IMG/VR virus record: IMGVR_UViG_3300020042_003394
Span: 1 to 24,608 of that record
DNA: 24,608 nucleotides
Origin: a virus
Taxonomy: Duplodnaviria; Caudoviricetes
Strand: one strand, 5' to 3'
The translations under genes and the position numbers were made by a program. Every line of letters begins with the position of its first letter. Positions within the stretch are counted from its first letter, which is position 1. The notes below the pieces were generated by a model. The model searched no databases. It worked only from the letters and a program-made list of their open reading frames with translations, and was not told the DNA's origin. Positions 1 to 7,274 of this stretch are shown in pieces.

Positions 1-1
1 G

Positions 2-2212
2 ATCATGCCATCCTCCTGTATAAGTTTGGAAGTCCTGAATAGATACGTTATTATAGTGCAGTGTATCCATTGTGATATTACCCTCTATAGCGTAATCATA
101 AAACTCCTTATTAGTAGCAGAGATGAACCTCTTATCATCTGCATTAATAGCTATTGCTTTTACAAGTCCTAGAGTTAAGAATTTCTGCAGGTTAGATATC
201 ATATAATTATCAAAGATCATCCAATCTACCACAGTCCAGTGATCAAATAAAAGCCTACCGTACTCATCTAATGGGTTACGCTGAGCATTGAAGTACTGAT
301 TGAACTCTATTTCATGCCTTCTCCTATCATGGCTACCACCTGCCCCACCTATCACATAGTTAGTAGTGATGACTATCTTAGGGCTTCTCTCAAATGGGAT
401 AAAGATCTCATCCTTATTTTTTCTGTTTACTGTAATACCTTCTGAGATCAGTGAGAATAATTGCTCAAAGTCAAAGTTCTTTTTTACATCATCAAAGGCC
501 AGGATCTGACTATCTAAGTTTACTCGCTGATAAACAAAGTCTGACTTTTGTGGGTTGAATGCTTTACCATCTATTTTTACTATATTTCTAATCTTACCTA
601 TGGCAGTTAATACTAAGCTCTTACCACTTCCTCCATTAGGATTATCATCTATCTCCTGATCATTAAATATTATTGCTTTTTGGTCAGTCTTATCCTTATA
701 GGTATGCAGTAGATATCCTAGGGTAGTCTCTAATGCATTTACCCTCTGCTCATCATCAGCTGATACCTTGGACACAAAGCTCTTAAAATCATTTTCAATA
801 GTAGGAGTAGGTTTGTAGTCCCTATCAATTATCTGCCTATCCCATATATAGCCATCTATATCAATGTAGGGCACAATGTCAATTTTGTTCTTAGTAATCT
901 TAACTACTCCATTACGATAAGGGATGAAGCTCACATCCTTAGTATCCTGCAGCATCATTAAGCCGATAGGCTCTAGCATAGATAAGTGACCATCTGTAAA
1001 GAGGTAGGGTGACTTACTGCAGTAGTTCCAAACTTCAACCTGCTTTTGCTTCATCAAGTAAGCTAGTACAAAGTCCTTTACCTGGTCCACTGAGGATAAA
1101 TTAACTTTGTTCTCTATCACCCTCACAAAGGTGGGTTTTTCTGATCTCTCAGGGTAATACTTATTAAACCCATATTTGTACAGGAAATCTCTATACTTCA
1201 TAGGATCTACACTAACCCCCTTCTTATCACTAAAAGTCCAAAACACATCCTCACTATTAGCTACATCCTTCTTAACATCCTCTACCACATCAGGCTTAAT
1301 GTCTAACTGCTTAGAGATATCACCAGGGGAGATGCCTTCCTTTAGTTTAGACTTAACCTTTATAATTGTTTCTTTATCCTCAAAGTATTTAGTAGACTTG
1401 TTAGCACTTTTGTAAGCAGATCCTACAGCTGTATTAATTTCTATTTGTGTAAAGTCCTTAGCACTATATTGGTGCAGGTACAGCTTAGCAGTATTCTCAC
1501 TTATGCCATACTCAGCAAAACAGCAGGCCACCTTAAACACCCAAATGTTTCTACCATTGGAAACTTCTCCATGGTTAAACTTCATTATATTCTCAATGAT
1601 ATTAGCTTCATTAGTCATTGGTAGCACTGGCACCCTTTCAAATGAGCTATGGCCCTTCTCCTCTTCTATAAGATTAAATACCTCAGCATCTATATTGATA
1701 TAGGCAGTAGGATCATAAGACTCAAAGCACACCCTGCTAACATTACAGCTACTAGCATCAAAGTAATCACTATCAATAAACTCCTGAAAAGCCTTAAAGC
1801 GTCTCTTATGCGTGAATTTATCTGATGCTGGTATCTTTATCACACATTTTAGCCCTTTACCTGATGGTGATATGAATATCATAAACACATTAGGGCACTC
1901 CATTAGTCTAGCCTTCTCAGCTTTCATTACCTTACTGCTAGGGTAATCATCAAAATCTAATATACAAAGCCCTGAGTGCTCAATAAGGCCATTATCATTA
2001 CGTTCATTAAAGGTCCCATTAAACATAATAGCCCTGAGGCTGTTCTTTAGGCTGCTGTATGCAGGATCATCCTCCTCCATAGCTCTAAGAGCAGTTATTT
2101 TATCAATAAGCTCAGGGTAGCCTTCCTTTATCCTATTGTAAACATCCACCACATCTTGTGTGTAGGGAGTTTCTTTAGAATTGAATAGGCTTTTAAATAC
2201 AGATATCTTCAT
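2..2212 (-). CDS. Primase-helicase (BT4734/VirE-N-like primase domain plus SF3-type P-loop helicase), 3'-truncated by the window edge
   Basis: Absent from the ORF track; translated by hand from the ATG at 2212 (MKISVFKSLFNSKETPY...). Motifs HSGLCILDFDD and FISPSGKGLK (primase), NPNGGSGKS (Walker A), ILAFDD (Walker B), IVITTN (motif C). The frame appears open to the window start. Confidence 0.85.
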   Translation of the reverse strand, partial: MKISVFKSLFNSKETPYTQDVVDVYNRIKEGYPELIDKITALRAMEEDDPAYSSLKNSLRAIMFNGTFNERNDNGLIEHSGLCILDFDDYPSSKVMKAEKARLMECPNVFMIFISPSGKGLKCVIKIPASDKFTHKRRFKAFQEFIDSDYFDASSCNVSRVCFESYDPTAYINIDAEVFNLIEEEKGHSSFERVPVLPMTNEANIIENIMKFNHGEVSNGRNIWVFKVACCFAEYGISENTAKLYLHQYSAKDFTQIEINTAVGSAYKSANKSTKYFEDKETIIKVKSKLKEGISPGDISKQLDIKPDVVEDVKKDVANSEDVFWTFSDKKGVSVDPMKYRDFLYKYGFNKYYPERSEKPTFVRVIENKVNLSSVDQVKDFVLAYLMKQKQVEVWNYCSKSPYLFTDGHLSMLEPIGLMMLQDTKDVSFIPYRNGVVKITKNKIDIVPYIDIDGYIWDRQIIDRDYKPTPTIENDFKSFVSKVSADDEQRVNALETTLGYLLHTYKDKTDQKAIIFNDQEIDDNPNGGSGKSLVLTAIGKIRNIVKIDGKAFNPQKSDFVYQRVNLDSQILAFDDVKKNFDFEQLFSLISEGITVNRKNKDEIFIPFERSPKIVITTNYVIGGAGGSHDRRRHEIEFNQYFNAQRNPLDEYGRLLFDHWTVVDWMIFDNYMISNLQKFLTLGLVKAIAINADDKRFISATNKEFYDYAIEGNITMDTLHYNNVSIQDFQTYTGGWHD

Positions 2213-2230
2213 ATATGGTTAGTTGGGGTG

Positions 2231-2238
2231 TAAATATA
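2231..2238 (-). promoter_or_regulatory. Putative host-sigma -7 element (TATATTTA) for the primase-helicase
   Basis: One mismatch from the Bacteroidota TAnnTTTG consensus, near-identical to the TATATTTG at 4939-4946, and 18 nt upstream of the ATG. Confidence 0.5.
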
Positions 2239-2252
2239 ACTATAATTTTCAC

Positions 2253-2432
2253 ATGACGACTCTATGACGCAAAATGACGCAAATTTTAACCACTTGTCAT
2301 AACTAATAACCATACTGCTATTGACTTTCAGCGTTTTTATGACGCAATGACGCAAAATAAAATAAAAAAAATTATTTAGAAAATGCAAAAAGTTACAGAG
2401 AGTGCTAATAAGAGAATGTGTCATAGCGTCAT
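2253..2432. repeat. Iteron-like ATGAC(G/A) repeat cluster, putative replication origin
   Basis: ATGACG at 2253, 2264, 2274, 2339 and 2347; inverted copies at 2295, 2419 and 2426; A-rich tract at about 2354-2391. Lies between the DnaA-IV-like gene and the primase-helicase. Confidence 0.65.
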
Positions 2433-2435
2433 GGC

Positions 2436-2792
2436 TTAGTAATAATTTCTTTTAATCTGCTCCTTAATCCTATCCAATTTCTCCAGGTCATTGCACTCTA
2501 GTACCTTAACTCTCAATGGCTTATAGTATCTCGGTGATGCAAACAGCCCACGCAGCTCTAGTGTGTAGTACAGATATAACGGATCCTTTACTTTGTACCA
2601 AGCGTCATGGTTAGCTATGCCATGGATGACAGTAGAATGGTTCTGATGGAACAGTGCACCTATCTCTGTTAGTGGCATCCCTTGGTTTCTGAGCAGTGCA
2701 TAGAGGTAGTACCTTTTGTAAGTGTACTGTCTTAACCTGCTCTTTTTTGTAAGCTCATGCTTCACAATATACTCCTGTATCTGATCAATCAT
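2436..2792 (-). CDS. DnaA C-terminal (domain IV)-like HTH DNA-binding protein
   Basis: RYYLYALLRNQGMPLTEIGALFHQNHSTVIHG resembles the DnaA domain IV signature (SLxxIGxxFxxRDHTTVxH). Confidence 0.7.
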   Translation of the reverse strand: MIDQIQEYIVKHELTKKSRLRQYTYKRYYLYALLRNQGMPLTEIGALFHQNHSTVIHGIANHDAWYKVKDPLYLYYTLELRGLFASPRYYKPLRVKVLECNDLEKLDRIKEQIKRNYY

Positions 2793-3853
2793 AATGGTAA
2801 TTTTTTAATTATTTTTTCTAATACTCTAACTACTATACTATTGCCTGCTTGCTTGTATGCTTGGCTATCAGATACAGGCCAAGTAAAAGTATTAGGAAAA
2901 TCCATTAAACGGAAGCATTCTCTAGGGGTTAATCGTCTTATTCCATAAGTATTATTATTTTGTAAATATTCATAATTATCACCGTCATCACAAGTATCAC
3001 AAAAATTATATTTAAAGTTACCACAAGTGTTAAAACTAAATTTACATAATTCTATTTTTATTGTATTATCAGTAGGACATAATGCTGAATTTGCTCTTAG
3101 GCAATTAGCTATATCATTTTCATTTTTAGGTTCAAAAATAAATCCTGTTTTCTTTTCGTTATGATTTTTATTATGAACCATAAATCCATTTATAAGAGTT
3201 TCACTTAAAAAATACTTATCATCTATACTATCCTCTAGCACATCCTTAAGTCTTTTTGTTAAATGCTCCTCTACTGGCCACCTAAAAGTGTTATCTTGAT
3301 CATCTCTAATACCTATTAAAAATACTCTTTCTCTATTCTGAGGGACTCCGTGCTGTTTTGCATTTAATACTTTCCAATACAAATGATAAGACACACTATC
3401 ATCATAAGGAAATATAACAGGGTTACCATTAACTGATTTACCACCTAGCATATTAACCCATTCACTAAATGTCTTACCACCATCATCTGAAAGCAAGCCT
3501 TTTACATTCTCGAATATAAAAAAACGAGGTTTATTAACTTGGATAAATTCTAAGCTATTAAAAAATAAAACACCTCTTTTATCATCCTTTCCTAATCTAT
3601 TACCTGCCATACTAAATGATTGACAAGGTGGCGAAGTCATATAGATATCTAAACTCTCTGATGGTATCTCTCTATCATATACATTTAATGGGTAGTATTT
3701 AGGCTCTCCATAATTATGTATAAATGTTTGCCTTGCGTACTTATCCATATCACAGGCATATACTTCCTCATAATCTATACCTAATCTAGTTAGTGCTTGA
3801 TTAAATGCTCCTACTCCTGAGAAGTCACTTCCTACTTTAATTGTTTTTTTCAT
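2789..3853 (-). CDS. DNA (cytosine-5)-methyltransferase
   Basis: Motifs I (FSGVG), IV (PPCQSFS), VI (ENV), VIII (QNRERVF), IX (RRLTPRECFRLMDF) and X (QAGNS). Start placed at MKKTIK (3853); 3862 is an alternative. Confidence 0.95.
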   Translation of the reverse strand: MKKTIKVGSDFSGVGAFNQALTRLGIDYEEVYACDMDKYARQTFIHNYGEPKYYPLNVYDREIPSESLDIYMTSPPCQSFSMAGNRLGKDDKRGVLFFNSLEFIQVNKPRFFIFENVKGLLSDDGGKTFSEWVNMLGGKSVNGNPVIFPYDDSVSYHLYWKVLNAKQHGVPQNRERVFLIGIRDDQDNTFRWPVEEHLTKRLKDVLEDSIDDKYFLSETLINGFMVHNKNHNEKKTGFIFEPKNENDIANCLRANSALCPTDNTIKIELCKFSFNTCGNFKYNFCDTCDDGDNYEYLQNNNTYGIRRLTPRECFRLMDFPNTFTWPVSDSQAYKQAGNSIVVRVLEKIIKKLPL

Positions 3854-3995
3854 ACTGCTCAACTTTTAGTATTAGTTTTGGCCACATAGCCATTAGCATT
3901 ATTGCATGATCTCTATCCAGGGCTTCTAAGATCCTGATGCCTATCCTCTTTTTCCCATTTTCAAAATAGTTGTAGGTTACTTTATAGCGTTTCAT
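3837..3995 (-). CDS. Small hypothetical early protein (~52 aa)
   Basis: MKRYKVTY...; overlaps both neighbours. Start moved from the ORF-track position 4049. Confidence 0.65.
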   Translation of the reverse strand: MKRYKVTYNYFENGKKRIGIRILEALDRDHAIMLMAMWPKLILKVEQYEKNN

Positions 3996-4179
3996 TGATA
4001 TAGTATTTATAGTTATCATCTCTTTGCACATTATATCCAATCTTTTCATACATCTTCAAGTACCGGTAAACTGATCTAGTGCTTATGCCTAAGTATCTAG
4101 CCATTGAGTGGATGGGCCTAGGCTTCACCTGTAAAAACTGTATTAGCTTTATTACTCTCATCATTCTATACTGGTTCAT
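3982..4179 (-). CDS. Stand-alone winged-HTH protein (HTH_11-like, resembling the N-terminus of WYL regulators)
   Basis: RVIKLIQFLQ...MARYLGISTRSVYRYLKMYEKIGY fits the YafY/PafB-type wHTH pattern. Confidence 0.7.
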   Translation of the reverse strand: MNQYRMMRVIKLIQFLQVKPRPIHSMARYLGISTRSVYRYLKMYEKIGYNVQRDDNYKYYINETL

Positions 4180-4349
4180 TGCTCTTGTTTTATAGGGTTA
4201 AGATATTCATCCTGTGCATCTAGGTAGTCTAGGTACAGCTCCAGGTTGAAGCTGCCCCCTTTGTCCTCTTCTATAGATTGCTCTCTCCACCATAGCATCT
4301 TACGCTTAAGGCTGTACGTGGTGTAGGTGTATTGGTTATCAGTACTCAT
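4176..4349 (-). CDS. Small hypothetical early protein
   Basis: 4-nt overlap with the downstream gene. Likely start MSTDNQ (4349); 4370 is an alternative. Confidence 0.6.
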   Translation of the reverse strand: MSTDNQYTYTTYSLKRKMLWWREQSIEEDKGGSFNLELYLDYLDAQDEYLNPIKQEQ

Positions 4350-4641
4350 TGTAAGCGTCTCTATCAGCATCCTCTAAGTCTTGATATCCCCATCCATCAG
4401 TATCTTGCATCACTCTGTAGATCAATAGATCTTCACAAGCTAGCTTTTCATTGTCAGTCAATGTGTATGGTGATATCACACCATGATCCTGCTTAATGCA
4501 GTACAGTAGTTCTGCATCTATCTCTCCTAGTAATAAGAAGCTGTATCTCCACTCGGTTGTGTAGCATATACCTCCATCCTCAGAGTAAAAGTATACGTTT
4601 GCGAGCCCTGGGCTCTTGTATTCAATGTCTAATTCGTACAT
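4339..4641 (-). CDS. Acidic hypothetical early protein (100 aa)
   Basis: ORF in a tightly packed operon; D/E- and Y-rich. Confidence 0.7.
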   Translation of the reverse strand: MYELDIEYKSPGLANVYFYSEDGGICYTTEWRYSFLLLGEIDAELLYCIKQDHGVISPYTLTDNEKLACEDLLIYRVMQDTDGWGYQDLEDADRDAYNEY

Positions 4642-4644
4642 AGT

Positions 4645-4734
4645 TTAAAGATTAGAGATAAAACAAATTAAATAAATTCCTACCCAAAGGGCTGTAAAGG
4701 CAATGATGCCCTCTAGTATCTCAGAAGCTCTCAT
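4645..4734 (-). CDS. 29-aa single-TM peptide
   Basis: Hand-translated MRASEILEGIIAFTALWVGIYLICFISNL*. ATGA overlap with the upstream ORF; stop 3 nt before the next ATG. Confidence 0.6.
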   Translation of the reverse strand: MRASEILEGIIAFTALWVGIYLICFISNL

Positions 4735-4910
4735 TTTCTTTTAATTTTATAAAGGTCATCAATAGCTTTGATTTCTGCTTGTGTAAGTTGTGATCTTTCC
4801 ATAGCTAGAGCTAATTGGCAGACACTATCCCACTCATCTACACTGAAGGCTTTGTTGCTGTTAATTTGCTGGAGTAGGTACTCAACAGCTGTTAATTTTT
4901 GATCATTCAT
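4731..4910 (-). CDS. 59-aa first gene of the early operon
   Basis: Hand-translated MNDQKLTAVEYLLQQINSNKAFSVDEWDSVCQLALAMERSQ...KRK*. Below the ORF-track cutoff; directly follows the promoter. Confidence 0.7.
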   Translation of the reverse strand: MNDQKLTAVEYLLQQINSNKAFSVDEWDSVCQLALAMERSQLTQAEIKAIDDLYKIKRK

Positions 4911-4938
4911 AATTGGTTAGTTTAATAAGTTAGTGAAG

Positions 4939-4972
4939 CAAATATACGGAGTTATTTCATATATGTTCACAA
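4939..4972 (-). promoter_or_regulatory. Bacteroidota primary-sigma promoter for the early operon
   Basis: TATATTTG (-7 element, 4939-4946) with a TTG 23 nt upstream. Confidence 0.75.
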
Positions 4973-4989
4973 GTTTACAAAAGTTTTCG

Positions 4990-5012
4990 TTATCAATAAT
5001 CATTCTAAATAA
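4990..5012. promoter_or_regulatory. Fur/PerR-box-like imperfect palindrome
   Basis: TTATCAATAATCATTCTAAATAA contains ATAATCATT, the core of the Fur box. Confidence 0.45.
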
Positions 5013-5015
5013 GGA

Positions 5016-5185
5016 ATGTGTACATATAAGCCTATCATGTATAGAAAATGCAATAATTTGAACATGAAAAATAAGGGCATAGCCTTAATGTATACATGAG
5101 AAGTAAGGGGATAACCTTAAATAGGTAATATGTTAGCTATATCTTACATTATGGTAGAATTATAGCTATTATGTTGGTTATAACC
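5016..5185. repeat. Cluster of operator-like palindromes
   Basis: TAAGG-N6-CCTTA twice (5072-5087, 5104-5119), ATGTATACAT (5088-5097), ATGTTAGCTATATCTTACAT (5130-5149), GGTTATAACC (5176-5185), ATGTGTACATAT (5016-5027). Confidence 0.6.
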
Positions 5186-5200
5186 GTCACAAATGTTGGC

Positions 5201-5245
5201 AAAAAAATAGCCCCCCTGCCAAACTAACCAAAGATACAGAGGGGC
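5201..5245 (-). terminator. Intrinsic terminator ending the late operon and the candidate sRNA
   Basis: GCCCCUCUG/CAGGGGGGC stem followed by UAUUUUUUU. Confidence 0.85.
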
Positions 5246-5270
5246 CTGGTCTCTAATACGAGACCTGATG
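5201..5270 (-). ncRNA. Candidate antisense small RNA (two hairpins, seed in the terminator loop)
   Basis: Hairpin GGUCUC/GAGACC (5248-5265), then a 9-bp stem with an 18-nt loop and a U7 tail. Loop UUGGUUAGUUU is complementary to the leaders at 4913-4923 and 2216-2224. Confidence 0.6.
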
Positions 5271-5278
5271 CAAACTTA
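5271..5278 (-). promoter_or_regulatory. -7 element TAAGTTTG for the candidate sRNA
   Basis: Exact TAnnTTTG match overlapping the TAA stop of the phosphoesterase gene; no clear -33 TTG. Confidence 0.55.
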
Positions 5279-6151
5279 CAAATTAAATTTATGACTATCT
5301 ATATATTTAGTAGTTTTTCTATCTCCTGTAGTTTCTCTGACACATTTTATAGTAAGTATCCTGCCACCTAATGGCTTAATGGGAGCTCCTCGCTCTACGT
5401 GCCACCCTTGTGAACCATCTCCGTACTCTTCCTTATAGGTGCCTGTAAGCATGAGGTGTAGATGTTTTTGCCTAAGAGCGTAGCCTGATTGTGGATGGCT
5501 TTCTACTGTATCTCTGACATCATTTCTGCAGCTGTTCTCATGGATGTGGCCCATCATAAACACATCAAAGTTCTCATAAGTCTCTAATGCCCTGGTTAAA
5601 TTGATAGCACCTTTGGTAACTATACCACCACCACCTGATCCATGGAAGTATTTGATTTTAGTAGTAAAGCAGGAAGTGCTTCGGCCTCCAGGTGATTGCT
5701 TAATGATTAGCCACCCACCATAACCACCTACCTGCACATTAGATTGTGCTTTAAAGTTTAGGATGTCTACAAATCTCTGCAGTATGTCAGTTTCTTGCCA
5801 TTTAATTATAGCAGTCTCATGGTTACCGTATCCTATTAGCTTAATGATATGTGCATAGGGTAGAAACCACTCTGCTGCTGTATTAATTATACTATCTAAG
5901 TACATAGCATTGTTATGCTCAGGCCTAATGTCAGACTTGTTTCTCCTATTATCGCCTCTCCCCTGCATGCAGCAAAATAGGTCCCCATTTATCATTACAG
6001 GTATGTTTTCAGCTAGGCAATAGTCCAGGTGCCTCTTCAGCATCTCCCTATTACAGTGAGGGTTATCCCAGTGTATATCAGATAGCATAGCTATCCTTAC
6101 ATCAGAACCTTCTAGTAATAGCTCATGCACATTCTTTGAATGTCTTATCAT
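5276..6151 (-). CDS. Calcineurin-like metallophosphoesterase
   Basis: Motifs SDIH, GDLF, GNHE, FHG and GHIH. Confidence 0.9.
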   Translation of the reverse strand: MIRHSKNVHELLLEGSDVRIAMLSDIHWDNPHCNREMLKRHLDYCLAENIPVMINGDLFCCMQGRGDNRRNKSDIRPEHNNAMYLDSIINTAAEWFLPYAHIIKLIGYGNHETAIIKWQETDILQRFVDILNFKAQSNVQVGGYGGWLIIKQSPGGRSTSCFTTKIKYFHGSGGGGIVTKGAINLTRALETYENFDVFMMGHIHENSCRNDVRDTVESHPQSGYALRQKHLHLMLTGTYKEEYGDGSQGWHVERGAPIKPLGGRILTIKCVRETTGDRKTTKYIDSHKFNL

Positions 6152-6615
6152 AAATATATCTTTAGTAGTAGTCTAGTGATGAATGACAGGAGTACTCCTG
6201 CTATGAAGCCCCACACTAGAAGCATCCAATTTGTTTTTGATTTTTGTATCTTAGCCTCTTTACGTTTCTCCTTAGCTTCCCTATATATGTACTTATACTT
6301 AAGCACATCTTGCTTTAGCACCTTAGTCTTATACCTATATTCTATCCTGGTCTGATACCTGGTCTTAGGAATGTATACGTTCTTGAAGCTAATGATAGTA
6401 TCTTTAGTGGTGATCACCTTTTCCCATACTATTGTATCATTAATTATGACAGCCACACTATCCACTGATGTTATCCTGATAGTATCACTATCCTGCACCA
6501 CTTTAAGCCCAAACTTAACAGCTTTGTTATAATGTCGTATAGCCCTCTTAGAAGAGTCACAGCTATTGAGTAGTATTAATATACCACAAATGTATAAGAG
6601 TGTCTTAAAATTCAT
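6148..6615 (-). CDS. Putative unimolecular spanin (lipoprotein with C-terminal TM)
   Basis: Signal peptide and lipobox ILILLNSC; C-terminal TM WMLLVWGFIAGVLLSFI; follows holin and endolysin. Confidence 0.65.
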   Translation of the reverse strand: MNFKTLLYICGILILLNSCDSSKRAIRHYNKAVKFGLKVVQDSDTIRITSVDSVAVIINDTIVWEKVITTKDTIISFKNVYIPKTRYQTRIEYRYKTKVLKQDVLKYKYIYREAKEKRKEAKIQKSKTNWMLLVWGFIAGVLLSFITRLLLKIYL

Positions 6616-6626
6616 ATAAAGTAGGT

Positions 6627-7274
6627 TTAAAGTGATTTTAGCATTTCAATCATTCTAGGACAGGGATATATATCACTCTTATCCTTTCTTACTGAATTGT
6701 GGGTAAATATACCACGATCACCCTGCAGAGCTCTCTTGTCTATATCAAATATACTAGCACAGTAGTCTCTAGGGATCTTATAAGTATCGCACAGGTACAC
6801 AAGCAGCTGCCGAGTAGACTCTATCTGAGCATCTGTGTACTTCTGCCAATAGATATGCCCTTTGTACTTCTTATCTAAAAATTCTACTTCCGTATAGTCT
6901 ACCCTTGCACCTAGATAGTTGTAGTAGTAGCCATTCTTTTTAGTAAGTGGGCCATAGTTGCATATCTCTATACCTACAGAAATTTTATCTAAACTTTGAT
7001 AGGTCACTCCTGCCTCTGTGAATACTTCCTGATTAAGGCCCAGGTGATATGCCCAATGTTTTGAGCTGAAGCACTGCACTATTGTACCCTTAGCACCAAT
7101 GATAAAAGCAGTGGCTACCCTACCAGGCTGACTGTTGAAGAATTTAGCCACATTAGTGGCTGATGGTCCTCCTGCAGTATGGTGTAGGTATATTTGTCTC
7201 TTTGGATGCTCTTCATGGTTGTACTGGTTACTATCCAGCCTCTCCTGTACTATCTTTGTTAGATCTAACTCCAT
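6627..7274 (-). CDS. Endolysin, N-acetylmuramoyl-L-alanine amidase (Amidase_2-like)
   Basis: IYLHHTAG, WAYHLG, SVGIEI, FTHNSVRKDKSDIYP. Confidence 0.9.
   Translation of the reverse strand: MELDLTKIVQERLDSNQYNHEEHPKRQIYLHHTAGGPSATNVAKFFNSQPGRVATAFIIGAKGTIVQCFSSKHWAYHLGLNQEVFTEAGVTYQSLDKISVGIEICNYGPLTKKNGYYYNYLGARVDYTEVEFLDKKYKGHIYWQKYTDAQIESTRQLLVYLCDTYKIPRDYCASIFDIDKRALQGDRGIFTHNSVRKDKSDIYPCPRMIEMLKSL

Noticed and set aside
1176-1703. + strand ORFs 1176-1415 and 1503-1703
   Set aside because: Antisense shadows of the primase-helicase gene.
2209-2424. 71-aa minus-strand ORF
   Set aside because: Spans the repeat cluster and promoter with no protein-like features. Its ATGA overlap with the primase start is noted but is not enough.
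5118-5132. TAAATAGGTAATATG on the + strand resembling the late motif
   Set aside because: Not an exact AATATAGGT match and no substantial ORF follows.
4960-5200. Possible CRISPR mini-array
   Set aside because: No identical 25-45 bp repeats with regular spacers; only two 16-bp dyads, and no cas genes.
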